Shown here piece after piece: positions 36,623 through 49,445 of a DNA stretch of 64,000 nt. Made by a program: the position numbers and the translations under genes. The notes below the pieces were generated by a model. That model worked only from the letters and a program-made list of their open reading frames with translations. It made no database searches and was not told where the DNA came from. The first letter of the stretch is position 1, and every line of letters begins with the position of its first letter. The DNA lies in the NCBI RefSeq assembly GCF_036321535.1, contig NC_087436.1, positions 72,418,001 to 72,482,000 on the forward strand. The letters are read 5' to 3'. The DNA comes from Camelus dromedarius. Its lineage: Eukaryota.

Positions 36623-37782
36623 CACAGCTTATCAAATTGTACACTTTAAATATGTGCAGTCTGTTCTATTCAAATATTCTTAAATGAAGTTGTTTAAAAA
36701 AACAAATCTATTAGAAATACAAATAAATGCAATAAAACAATATGGAAAGGAAGCTGAGGGAATGGCAGGCACAGGATGTTTACTGCAGGCAGGAGCAGGA
36801 AATGGGATGACTTAGTGGGTGAAATATATGATTAATCTATATGAAATATAGATTACTGTCAAGGCCATAACTTTTGTTTGGGGTGGTGGATTTGCATGCA
36901 CTCAGCTTATTATTAAAAATAACTAATTAATTATTTTAAGTTGTATTGTGCTTGGAATAGTACTGAGATTGTGTCATAAACCATGACTTATGAATCAACC
37001 AATTTATGTCGTTAAGGTTTATTCAAAGAAAAATGGCCAGATTCCAAACACTATTTTGTTCAAATCCTTTCTGACATGATTTGAGTGTTAACATAGAAAC
37101 AAAGCCAGCCCCATGATATCCTTTATCTACTTAAAAAAATTTCTGATTGTTAACGTTTTTACGAAAGAATTCGCATGTAGGGTGAATAAAATGGAAGACT
37201 ATTCTCCTGCATGTGGCTTATGATAACCACATGATGGCGGCATAGAGCAAGCAGTGATTTTTCAAAATGTTAATGGTTTATACTGGAAGCCGAGTAAATC
37301 AGTTTTATAAGACTTACATATTAGTGGGATTGGTTGGTCTCTGTAGGCACATATGTCTCTCCCTATTCACTCCCAGGTGCAAACCACCCCAAGAGTTATT
37401 TCAGTCACTCAGATCTATAGACTTATGTCTTTTTGAGCAGCTGCTATCATAAACAGGTTATATCATGTAACTTGAGATAATTTACTTCTCAAAGTATCTT
37501 CAAAATCCAGAATTTCTCAGGACAACAATAGTTACCTCTTTCCTTTTTCATATTTTTTATTTTTCCTTCATCATGATACCTATTTTTGAGTGCATTTGGC
37601 TTTGCTAAAGAATTTACCAAAATCAGAAAGTCCTTTGAAACATTTGGATATTTCTTTGTAGAAAGTTTGTCAAGAAATCTATTTATATGATTGCTCTCCG
37701 ACCCTCTTTGTTCATTTACCAGTTGAAAAAATTTTTACCTAGAGTCCAATCTATATATGAGTCTCTGATAGTCACTAGGGGG

Positions 37783-38263
37783 TGTGAACGAAAAATACTG
37801 CAAACCTTATCAGTAAACAAAGAATGCTGAAGCCATCAAGTCATCAGCGGCTGCCGCCACCCCGCAGTGAAGACAAGCCTGCAGCCTGGCTTCTGCAGCC
37901 ACTCACAATGGTGCACTCTGAGGGCACTCAGAATAAGAAAGGACAGGATACTGGCCCTAGATAGCTAGATGCTTGTCAAAGGAATGAATTCAATGAGCCC
38001 AAATGTTTGCCTCTTCCCGTACATAGAAAAGTACTAAATTCTTTAACTTGAGATGCCCGTTTTTCTTCAGGTAACAAGTAACCTTTTATTGTTCCAACTA
38101 CCTGGTCTTTGTTGTAAAGCTTCTATATATCCTAGCTCCTCCCCTAACTCTTCGGAGCGATCTGAGAGGCTATCCTCCCAGCTCGAGTCCTCCCAGCTTG
38201 AGTCCTCCCAGCAAATAAAACATAACTCTCCACTTTCAGGCTGTGCATTTATTTCAGTCGACA
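37783..38263 (+). mobile_element. ERV1-class solo LTR, sense to MTHFD2L
   Basis: TG...CA ends, perfect TSD GGGG (37779-37782 and 38264-38267); TATATAT 38124-38130; AATAAA 38214-38219. Confidence 0.88.
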
Positions 38264-38924
38264 GGGGAAAGGTTAGTTAGAAAACAATTTGCGACTAACT
38301 GGCCTTGAGAAGTTTGCAAAGTCCCTAAAACACAGCATCTCTTCCCTATGTATAAAAGAAGCTCATCAGACATGCTCACTTACCTATTTTCCTCTGGAAT
38401 AGACACTGCTTCGAGTGCAGTACAATGTATTTGACAGAAGCCACTGTGTATACAGTCTAGGAAACCAACAGCTTAATAAACCAGAATGTCTTCAAGCCTG
38501 ACTGGGGATGTCCTGTATCATTTCTGTGGCTTTATAGGAGAAAGAGGTAAGGAAAGGTGGAGGGCCAGGGCCACACCTTTCTGGCCCAGCGGACACCTCC
38601 CGCTCCACCTCCAGGCTCTGCTGTTTTCTCAGATGTGGGGGTGGAGTGATACAGTGAGAGTAGTCACTTCATATTCCCTTTTTGTCCTCTCACCCCTTGA
38701 TGATGAAATAATTCTTAAATGATATTAGGCAAGTGGTAAGCACCTTCTAAGTATTTTCTGTCAGAAAACATTCATGTAGAACCCAGAGGGTGTAACTTAA
38801 ATATTATTTATTGGTTTGAGAACAGTGAACATAGTTTCCAAAAGCATATCTCTCATTTACTTCTAGTAAATAATTAACTAATTGAGAGACTACAGCTAAA
38901 TAAAGGCAGACTTTTATTTCTTTA

Positions 38925-39070
38925 GAATGTAAGCTCCAGAGGGTAGGAGATTTACCTGTTCGGTTCGCTTATTTTTCCTAAACCCTTGGAACAGTGCCAG
39001 GCACATGGTAGACACTCAATAAATATGTATTATAAATATATAAATATCTCTTGAATGAATAAATGAGTGA
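38925..39070 (+). mobile_element. L2 3' end
   Basis: TAGAATGTAAGCTCCAGAGGG..GAACAGTGCCAGGCACATGGTAGACACTCAATAAATAT..TGAATGAAT. Confidence 0.8.
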
Positions 39071-39649
39071 ATTTTCAGGGACCTTATCTACACTTATTCA
39101 GAGTGTGGGCTTTAATGTATAAGCATAAAGCTTTGCCTGAGATTTCTGATTTTTCAAGTCCTGAAAGGAAGAAATAAATGATAAACAAACAAACAAACAT
39201 GAATCTTTACTTTAAATATATATTGGAGGATAAAAAGTACCAAATATCTAATATTGTAGATGCAGCAAATGAAGACTTTAATGAAAGCCATCTTTGGTTT
39301 TTTGTCATATTTGAAAAAGAGGGATGTCAGAGGTTGTAGAAAGACCATTCTAATTGTCTCCAGTTGTCCACTCATTTGTCTGTTTCTCAGTCTGTAAATC
39401 AACAGTAATAGTAATAATTTATTCAACAATTTCCAGGCACTGTTCTTTGTGCTAGGAGTACATCAGTGAAAAAAAGAAGTTTTTGCCCTTGTGGAGTAGT
39501 AGGAGAGACAGACAATTAAAAATAAACATAATAAATAAGCAACTACTGTATATTTATTAGAAGTTGATATGCTATGTGAAAAAAAAAAAAAAGCAGAGCA
39601 TGGTAAGAGCATCAGATGTTCAGGGATACGTTGTATTTTTATTCTCCCC

Positions 39650-42430
39650 TCAATATTTTATTATGAAAAATTTCAAACATTCAGAAAAAAGAATGATACA
39701 GTGAACATACATATGCCCACAACTTAGATTCTGTAATTAACATGTTGCTATATTTGCTTTGTTACATCTATCCATTTATTTATCTAATCATCCATCTAAT
39801 TTTAAAAGCGTTTAAAAAAGAACAAGTAATGTACCTCTAAAATGCCAGTGTGCATATCATTAATTACACTGTTTCCATGTGAAATTTACATGCATTGAAA
39901 TGCACACATCGTAAGTGTGCTATTCTATAAGTTTTGAAAAATGCAAATTCTCATTTGACTTAAATTCTTATCAAAATATAGAATTTTTTTTTCAGCTGAG
40001 AGAGTTTCCTTGTGACCCTTCGCAGTCAACCTCTGGCTACTTTTCATTCTCACCCTTAAGTTCTCTGTTCTGATATTTTTTAACAAGCATATTGCCCATT
40101 TGAATATCTTACTTTGTAAAGTGCCTGTTTAAGTATTAAGCTCATTTAAAAAAACTGAATTATTTATCTTTTAGTGATTGAGGTTTGGTAGTTCTTTATG
40201 TATCTCAACACATGTTCTTTGTCAGATACATGTTTTGCAAATGTCTTCTCCCTATCTTTGGCTTGCCTATTCATTTTCTTAATGGTGTCTTTCCATGAGC
40301 ATAAAATTTTAATTTTTCTGAAGTCTAATTGATCAATTTTTCTCTTTCATTTTTTTATGCTTTTTGTGTTCTTTCTAAGAAAACTTTGCCTGCACCTAGC
40401 ACATAAATTAAAGTTTTCACCTAGAAACTCTTCAGTTTTATCTTAGGCTTATAAACCATTTCCAATTAATTTTTCTGTATGGTACTATCAAGGAGGTAGA
40501 AGTTTTCCTTTACCCTTCTAAGTTCTTCTTCTGGCTGGTCTAAGAATAAAATTGAGATGAGACAGATTAACAGAAGAAAATTAAACAAAAGTTTAATAGC
40601 ATGTATACATGAGAGAGATCCAGGAAAACTGAGTAACTCACCAAAATGGCTGAAACCCTCACCTGAATGCCATATTCAGCTAAAGACAAAAGAGGATGTC
40701 AGGGGTAATTGTTTGGGACCTCAAAGGGGAAGAAGGCAACTCACCTGGAGATGCAGAAGCAAATGTTTAGTAAACAAATACTTGCTGGGTGTTGCAGAGA
40801 CAATGGGACACTGAGTGGACTCACATGTCTAGGCTCTGTCTAAAGTTTCCCCCAACATAGTTAGCCTGTATTCTTTGCAGAATCTGGTGACAGCTCTATT
40901 CTGGAACAGGTCTTTTATCTAAATTCTTTAGGCAGCTAAGGGGGAGGTAAAAATTAATTCTCATGCCAAAGAAACACATTTTGGGGTGACAGATGTTCTC
41001 CTTCACAGTCTGAAGTAGGGACTGTGGCTCAGTTTGGTTATTTTCTGTATGGCTGTCAAGTTGTTCAAGTATTATTTCTTGAAAAGACTTTCCTTTTCCC
41101 ATTAAATTGCTTTTAACACCTTTGTTAAAAATCAAACTGATTGTGTAAGTTTTAGTCTAAAGTTGGTCTCTCTCTTCTGTTTCACTGATCTATTTGTCTA
41201 TCCCTACACTAATACCACACTGTCTTGATTACTGTACCTTTGTAGCCAGTCTTAAAGTCAGGTATTCTAAGTCCTCTAACTTTGTTCAGTTTCAAGATTT
41301 CTTTGGATATTCTAAGTCCTTTGCATAGCCATATAAATTTTAGAATCAGTTTGTTGGCTTCTGCCAAAAAGCCTCATAGGATTATTTTTAAGATAACATT
41401 GAGTCTATAGATCAATTTGGAAGAATTGATATCTTAACATTATTGAGTCTTCCAATTCATGAATATGGTGTACATTCCATTTATTTAGGTGATCTGCCAG
41501 CAATGTTTTGTAGTTTTCATTATAGGTATCATCCCCCAAATTTTAAAATTTACTCCTAAGCATTTTATGATCTGTGAGCTATTGTAAGTAGAACTTTTAC
41601 AATTTCATTTTCTAGTAGCTGCTGCTTGTATACAGAAATACAATTGACTTTTTTATATATTGACTTTGTACTCTGTGATCTTGCTAAATTCACTTTATTA
41701 GTTCTTTTATTGTTTTGTAAATTCTTCAGAATATTCTGCATGAACAACAATCTGTGGCTAGAGAGTTTTACTTCTTTTTTTCCTGATCTTTGGGTTTCTT
41801 TTTTCTTTTCCTTATCTTATTACACCAGCTAGGATCTTCAATGAAACACTGAATAGAAATGGTGGGAGTGGGCACCCTTGCCTTCTTCTGATCTTGGGGG
41901 AAAGGTTCAGTATTTCATTATTGAGTATAATAGCTGTAAATTTTTGTGTGTGAATGCCTATCATATTGAGAACTTCAAGCTTTGCTTTGCCCTTGGTGAA
42001 CCACAGCTGCAATCTGTCCAGTTCTGTTAGCCTTAGATGGGCTTCCTGGAATTTGCCTCTTGTGTGTGTTGTTCAAAGGTCAGTCAGAGATTTGGACAGA
42101 GTTTATAGAAACAATTTGAGTCTCCTTTCTGCAGTTTTTGCTTTTGCTGGATATTTTCCTTTGATTTCCAGCTTCTGTCGTAGCCCCAAACTTCGTTGTT
42201 TGATTCCTCAAGCAAGTAAAACTGCAGGGTTCTATCCAAATTCTTCCCAAATCAGAAACTCTTTCAGTGACATTCCATTCAGATGCCCGCCCTCTTCCAA
42301 ATCTGTCTGCTTCTGGTAACTCTCCAGGGTTGTCAGTGGTTGTTTTAATATAATTTTCCCAATATTTACAGTTGTCTTCTGTTGAGACGTTTGGTCCAAT
42401 ATAAACAACTTTAACATTATCAGACATGGA
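39650..42430 (-). mobile_element. Antisense L1M fragments (3' ends, ORF2, 5' part) with a nested LTR
   Basis: T-rich L1 antisense motifs TGTTTTGCAAATGTCTTCTCC, ATACCACACTGTCTTGATTACTGT, CTATAGATCAATTTGG, GGGCACCCTTGCCTT. Confidence 0.75.
40486..41007 (-). mobile_element. ERV1-class solo LTR inserted in L1
   Basis: Colinear with 27498-28045 (GAGACAGATTAACA, CCAGGAAAACTGAGTAACT, AAATGGCTGAA, CTCATGCCAAAGA) but lacks a short internal segment; TSD degenerate. Confidence 0.8.
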
Positions 42431-42699
42431 GCCTACATTTTTAAATAATGTGGTCAGAATAGTCCTTAACAGAGAATGTGGAATTTAAGCAAAGATTTGA
42501 AAGATGAGAGGGATTTAGCCGAAGTGGCAGTTTTTTTTTTTGAAAAGCCTCCAGGCGGACAGAAGAGCAGTAACCAGGGTGGGAAATGCCTGATAGTTCC
42601 GAGGAAAAGCAAGAAGAGCAGGATTTTAAGGAGAAGAGTAGTGTGATCAGATACGCATTTCTCAAATATAACCCTTGCTATTTTGTAAATAGATTCTAT

Positions 42700-42970
42700 G
42701 CATGCAAATGTAGAGGCAGAGGATTACTTAGGAGGCTGGGCAATTCACAGGAGAGATAGTGGCCACTCAAACCAGTGTTATCAGTGGCCGTGGTAAGACT
42801 GGTGAAGTGCTAGATGTTTATGAAGGAAGAGCCAACAGATTTTTCAGTGGCTTGGATGTGGCCTGTGAAGGAAAGTGAGGTTTCAGAATGACTCCAGGTT
42901 TTTCTAGCTTATAAAACAGAAGGATGGAATTCCTATCAACCAAGAGAAGGCTATGGGTGAATCAGTTTAA
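42700..42970 (-). mobile_element. L2 fragment
   Basis: GAAGGAAGAGCCAACAGATTT..TTGGATGTGG..AGAATGACTCCAGGTTTTTCTAGCTT. Confidence 0.65.
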
Positions 42971-45184
42971 TAAGACAAGATCTGTGCCCTAAAAGGCTCA
43001 TAAATGAGAGAGATACTTAAATAACTAACAGGATCAACTAACTGGACTAATGTGCTAAGTACTTTTGATAGCAGTTCTGTGGGAGACCAGAGAAGAAAAG
43101 AAACATTTCAATTTGTGATGAGGGAGCAGGTGGTAGTGTAGCAACATAATAAAGAATAAATAGGATGTGAAAGAACAGGGAGGAAGGAATTGGTAATGGA
43201 AAAATAATCATGAACAATAACCCAGAAATGCAAAAATTAATGCTAAGGGTTTGGGTTTGGGAATTGGGTACAGTTTGGTGTGGCTTGAGTTAACGATGTG
43301 TGATAATGATGGTTGGGAAAGAGATGGTGCACTGGAAGAGAGGAAAGTAGAGGACAAAAGAAAGTAAGGAACATATGACTTACTATGCTGATGAGCTTGC
43401 ACTTATCCAACAAGCACTGGGGAAGTGGAAGAAGGTACTTTTAAACAGTAATGTGAAAATCCTTGGGTGGAAAATAAACCAGTAATTTTTGTTTTTTTTT
43501 TTTGTTGTTGTTGTTGTTCCTTATCCGAAGGCAATTAAATAAATAAATCACAAAAAATAAATATTCAGTGTTGAGTTCTACAGTGTGGTCCCTAAAGGTA
43601 TTCCCTGAGCTGTTCTGTTGCAGTGTTATGAATTTAATTTGATGACTCCTTTTCTGGCATGATTTAATGACTTCTCATAATATTAAGTAGATGGGAAAAA
43701 CACAAAGTGAATAATGCCAGGTTCCCCATTCATTTGGGTAAGATATTAAGTGGTTAATTGTTTGCCAGCGTATTCTATGAATTGAAAATGTTTTATAAGC
43801 CTTTTGAAAAAACTAATGCTGTTGAGTCTTGTGAATGTCTTTTCTTTTCAAGTCAGGGTCCCCAGGAGTGAGGTATCAGGGGACTTTCCGTAGCAGTCAG
43901 TCAAAATCATGAAATATGTTTATTTCTCTTACTCACACAACAAAAGGTGGTATTTGCATGAAATGTTTAATGCTTTTTTGCATGTGTTTAGACACGTGTT
44001 AGTTACTCTAGGGATGCTGTTGTCTTTGGAGGCCTAGAAGAAACAGTACATTCCTTGGGGTATTTTAGGATTGTCTTAATCAAATTAGATTAGATTAGAA
44101 GGGATAGGAGCCCTTTCTCATTTTAATGTTTGAGTGGTATTTAAGATGACTAGTATTTATGATTTCTATGTAATACAGACGTTTGGGGGCAGAAAGATGT
44201 GGATTTTATCTGGACCCTCCTCTTAGTAGCAGTTTGAGATTGGCTGAGTCTTACTCTTTGAGTGTCATCTTTAAAATGGAGATGATACCTTTTCTACCCC
44301 AGAAACTATGAAAATAAAAGGCGAAATCTATGATGGTAACATAAACATTATAAAGCACTATTTTAATGTAAGATATACTAATTTATATTACTCCATACAC
44401 TTACATAATATAATAGATAAATTTATAAAATAGAATAATAGATTACATAATAAAAGGTACATCTTTCCTGACAAATGATATATGTGAGATTTAACCCACT
44501 GCTGAGATAATACAGTTACATAAAAATCACATATGAATTGGTTTCCTTGATTTTCATGATCTTTAACATTTTTAACCTACTACTATCGGTTATTTTCCTT
44601 TTAGATTAAATATTCAGCACACGAATAATCCATTTTCATGTGTTCTCTACATCACACCTTTTATATATCCACACATCTGTCTTTGAAACAAAATTACTTA
44701 ATTAGCTTAAGATAAACTTGTTCTAAAATGGTGATCAGAGTTGAAATTTAAGAAGTACAGAAGAGGACAAGTCTGTAATTATCAGTTTCTAGTGCTTGCC
44801 TCCAAATTTTCAGATGCTTACATTTCTTCCTGTTTCAGCTGTTGCATGAGATGAATTATTCATTACAACTTGATGTTATTTTTAGTGAATAAAGCAGCAC
44901 AGACCAGTGGATGACGAAATTCAGATAGCTCAGGCTTATTTGGTAAGAGGATGGCTCTCAAAATCTACAAAAGAGCCTTTGTTGGATTCTTTCAACCATA
45001 CATCTATTGTTGGCTCAGATATACATTAGCCAATTTTGAACTTAAAAATAATTTAAGCCATAGCTCAATAATGGAGAGTTCAATTACAGTTATTTCTTTT
45101 TTAATTTACAAAGCTTTTGATGTTGTTGTAAGAAATGTCCATGGCATGAAGCTTCTGCCTGAGTGGTAGGTGTCTAAAAAACGA

Positions 45185-45220
45185 ATCATCACCATCATCA
45201 TCATCATCATCATCATCATC
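45185..45220. repeat. (CAT)n trinucleotide microsatellite
   Basis: Direct ATC run with one interruption. Confidence 0.9.
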
Positions 45221-46426
45221 TTCATCCTCCTCCAGATTAAAAAAGGAACCACTGTTTTTGTCCTCAAATAGTAAGTTAAATATGTAATTCTAAAAAATTA
45301 AGAAGTTTTACTAGAACCTGTACAATCATCTTATAACTTCAGAGAAAACAGGTGGAGGCCTCCTCTGCTAGGACATCACAGAATGAATACAGTCACCGAA
45401 AGTGACAAACAGTCCATTGGAGAGATATTCCAAAGGCCCACTTTCTATTTGAATATGATTCATATTATGACTTTTATGTACATAAAGGACTTTGCTGGTC
45501 TAGTGATGGTGAACTGGGTCTGTCTGAAGTGAGATGGCAGTAGTGGCACTTTTAGAATGCAAAAGGTCTAAGGCATAAGGCATAGTCCTTTGAAAACAAT
45601 GTGAACTTGGGCTCTGATAATGTTTTTGAAAAAATATGTCTAAATGGCGTTCATTGAATAATGCATTAAGAAACTTTTATGTAGCAAACATACCTTTATT
45701 TTAATATTTTAGGCACATGGGTTAATTGTTGGGTTTCCAGTAACCTAAGCTACTCTGCACAGAATAGTATTAAGAGCCTATTTTATATTTCTATACTCAC
45801 TGCTTTTCAAAATGAGATGATTGGAATCTCACATCTCATTTGATTAGTTCATTACTCATGTTATGTTCTTTTCCTTTCATAAAGGAAACCATATATTTTG
45901 GATTCCAATGTACTGATGCTTCAGGAAAATAACATGTATGTGTGTGTTATTTGCTTTTTGTTATGTCATTTGGGAGGAAGCTAGGCATTACTGAAGTTAT
46001 CACTATTTTTAACAGTAACAAAGCCCTTTTAATCTGTAATGCTAGAAATATTCAATAGAAACCTATTTGTGGAAATATATAGGAAAAACATAGATTTAAA
46101 TACCTAATCTTATTGAGGCAAAGACTTATCACCTGGATGTTCCCAGATCTCATTGGCATTGTTTTATTTCACAGATTTTTCTCTTTCACTGGGCCAGCCA
46201 CTTCTGGTTCTGGACTTGCATAAACTGTTATAGTGGTTAATTACAGCCATTGGTCAAGGGCACTTTGGCTTACTATTTTGGTGGCAAGAAAGGGGAGAGA
46301 GGATGATTTTATACATTAACTGAAGCTGAACCATAAGTGATCTGGCTGTAGGTGCTCAGATTTAATTTTCCAGGTTTTCAAATAGATAACAATGATAAAA
46401 TTACATCAGTTTTACTTACGTTTCAG

Positions 46427-46579
46427 ACCATGTGGATGAGCGGACAGTATGCAATGGAATTGCCCCTGAAAAAGATGTAGATGGATTTCATATTATCAAC
46501 ATCGGAAGACTGTGCCTTGATCAGCATTCTCTCATACCTGCCACTGCTAGTGCTGTTTGGGAAATAATCAAAAGAACAG
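46427..46579 (+). CDS. MTHFD2L: MTHFD2L coding exon 4
   Basis: TTTCAG|; [51 protein letters not shown] with the KDVDG FolD motif; |GTTGGT; 153 nt. Confidence 0.97.
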
Positions 46580-47709
46580 GTTGGTCTACGGAACATGAGT
46601 GCTAAGTGCCAAACTGAGGATTTGTGCATCGCCTTGATGGAAAGAGTGAAAGAATATAAGCCATAAAACTTCAGTCTATAGAAACATATAAAGTCATAGA
46701 AGTCAAAGAATAATATAAAATAAAACCAAATGAAGAACATGTGGCAGGTTACAAGTGAATGCTGTTTTATACTTTAGGGAGTGAATTTTCCAAATAGTAC
46801 ATTTGTCTCCCTACTTTCAAACTTTAAATTTAATGTATTTTGATGTACATTTTTCAAAATGTATTATGTTTTTCCTTACTTTTCAAAACAAAATGTGCTG
46901 AACACTTTTGAACCATCTCTGATGACCTAGGTTTTCATTATAAACACTTGCCCTTGAAATGCAGTCTAAATACAGTAATGCTCCGACAGACCCTCGAAGA
47001 GGCAGGTGATGGTTCTTAAGTCTCCGTTACTGTCATTTCCATTTCTGGCAGCATTTCCTCCTTTCTAATCTGCCGTTTTCTAAGTGAGAGAAAAAACTTC
47101 CAAGGGAAAGCAGACCCTAGAATCATACTCTTAGAATGTTAGTACTTGGAAAAACCTTAATTCTAACTTCTTCATTTTACTTAAGAAGAAATTATGCCCT
47201 AAAGAGGTAAAGGATGTTAAATCTGTAAGTTTTATCTTTTGGACCTTTCAAAGTCTATAACTTTAGTGGTTCTCTCCTATGGAGTAAAGTGCATGAGTTT
47301 TGTGAAAAAAACACTTTTTTTCCCCATGTCATTTTGTCCCAGATTTACTCAAAGTTTGATTGCCAATTAAGCTCGACATTGTTGTATTTGCTTACTTTAT
47401 AATCAGTAATTCATATATTTTAATTCTCTGCATTTCTAACTCTTCATGTGCATTTTAACAGTTAAAAGTAGCTTAATGGCAACTTGAAAATGTCTGTGGT
47501 TTTTTAATAAGGATGTAATGAGAGCGGAAGTGACAAATCCAAGACGTATAAAAAGAAATATTTATAAAGAATGAATGTGGGAACATTATAGACAAGACAC
47601 ACAATAATTCAAATTTAATTAGAAGTTTTTGAAGATTGTTTCAATTGACTGTTGTTTAATTTGATTCTTGTTGCTTATTCTTCATTTAAATCAAACTCTG
47701 TGTTTTAAG

Positions 47710-47817
47710 GGATTGAAACATTTGGGAAAAACGTGGTTGTGGTTGGAAGATCCAAGAATGTGGGGATGCCCATTGCCATGCTCCTCCACACCGACGGAGA
47801 ACACGAACGGCCGGGAG
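47710..47817 (+). CDS. MTHFD2L: MTHFD2L coding exon 5
   Basis: TTTTAAG|; GIETFGKNVVVVGRSKNVGMPIAMLLHTDGEHERPG with the GRSxxVG dinucleotide-binding loop; |GTAGGT; 108 nt. Confidence 0.97.
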
Positions 47818-48243
47818 GTAGGTGGGTCTGGAGATTCCAGGCACTCATACAGTCTCTTCTTAAAATCATCAAATGAAGATGTTTGAAAATGTGACTTAGC
47901 ATATTTGTGGGTTTATGCAAATAAAGATTTTCCTTATTCCTTCTCTAATGACATGAGCACCTTGATAATGAATATAAGAATTATTGGAAATATGTGACCC
48001 CTTTGTTCCTACTTTTTCTTCTGAGTATATATACTTCCTTTAAATCATTAAAAATTTAAACATTAAGAAGGGTGGAAAGGCTAGATACATACTAGATACA
48101 TACAAATCACATGTTAATAGATATGTGTCTGTCCATACACACCACACCCCCCAACACACACCACCAAGGTATGGGTAAAAGACTTTGTTTTACCACTATT
48201 AACCTTGGTGAATTCCAGTTTTCTGATTTCATTTATTCAAATA

Positions 48244-48458
48244 TGATTGACTCTTGAACAACATGGGTTTCAACTGCATAGGTCCACTTACATGCAGATT
48301 TTTTTCACTGAATACATACTACAGTACTACAGGGTGAATTAATTGAATCAATGCACACGGAACCATGATTATGGGGGCCAACTGTAAAGTTACGTGTGGA
48401 TTTTCAACTGGGCAGAGGGTTGGTGCCCTTAACCTCTGCATTGTTCAGGGGTCAACAG
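48244..48458. mobile_element. Tigger2-derived MITE (MER8-like)
   Basis: TIRs TTGACTCTTGAACAAC and TTGTTCAGGGGTCAACAG flanked by TA at 48242-48243 and 48459-48460. Confidence 0.8.
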
Positions 48459-49019
48459 TACTAATTTTATGATCTTGATTGACATGATGCATATGAAATA
48501 ATTTTTTAAGCCACAAATCCATATGGAAAAATAAGCCCAATTATAATGTATCATTTATTTAAAATGATGAATTCTAAGACTTTTGAATATTGTTTTTTCT
48601 CCCTGGACTTAAGGATTTAAATATTGCCGCAAATCAAAATGTGTATGTGCATCATAGTAAACTAGGGCCTGATAGTGACTCAAGGTAACTTTAAGAAGCC
48701 TTAGTTTTGCAGAGCTCTTTGAAAGGCCAAATCTGGTAGTATGAACACAGTTTGCATCGTAACCATCCATAAAGTTGCATTTCTAGTTTTACTATTCCGT
48801 TCTAATTTAATCTATTAATGCTTATCTGTCTGTCTCTTACGGAGATGCTGATTCATATTTCCTTTATGTAACAGTTTCTGTGTTAAGCAAGATAAAACGA
48901 CCAGGGAAGTTTACCTTGGTGTATTAGTTTTGTTGGGAAATTTTGACCAAGAGCCAATGGGCAGTTTTTAATTCATTTTCAACATTTTATTTTCTTATCT
49001 CATCGATAACATAGCAACA

Positions 49020-49445
49020 GCATTATGTAACTCCATTACTTGCACAGCCCTTTCTTGTGAACTATCTCATTTAATCCTCAATAATTCCGGCATAGATTAG
49101 TATTTGCATTTTGCAATTAGAGGAAATGAGCTGTCGAGACTTCAGTGACTTACCCAAGGCCATACAAGGACATGGTGTTCTAAGCTGGCAGGTGGGTGCT
49201 GACTGTGTGTTTAGGAGGACAGACTTGAAGTCAGACCCCTCTCCTACCAAGCCCTGTGTCCTTGACAAGTCATTTAATCTGTATAAGCCTCCATTTCCCT
49301 CATTTGTAAAGCACAGATAGTATTACTATCTTCTTCACTGAGTTATTGTGAAAATTGAATGAGATTTGAGTGTCAAGCTCTACTCACAGTGCCTCACGCA
49401 GTAGGTTAAGTAGGCCCTTGGGATGTGTGAACTGTGGCTACTACT
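49020..49445. mobile_element. Two adjacent MIRs in inverted (head-to-head) orientation
   Basis: Minus copy TCTCATTTAATCCTCA..GAGGAAATGAG..AGTGACTTACCCAAGG; plus copy CCTTGACAAGTCATTTAA..TTTCCCTCATTTGTAAA..TGTGAAAATTGAATGAGAT. Confidence 0.75.

Larger units (their letters stand above)
32315..36700 (+). mobile_element. L1M mosaic (ORF1 end, ORF2 pieces, 3' UTR) with nested inserts
   Basis: A-rich L1 motifs CAGATTTCTCATCAGAAACAATG, CCAGGAATGCAA..TGGTTTAACAT, GAGAGAAATTAAAGAAGACCTA, and 3' end AAATTGTACACTTTAAATATGTGCAGT. Confidence 0.8.

Noticed and set aside
38173..38212. Short direct repeats resembling a CRISPR-like array
   Set aside because: A tandem 15-mer with no spacers, inside an LTR in eukaryotic DNA.
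27498..41007. LTRs at 27498 and 40486 as the two ends of one provirus
   Set aside because: The first has its own complete TSD, the copies are diverged, and no gag/pol/env or PBS is visible between them.
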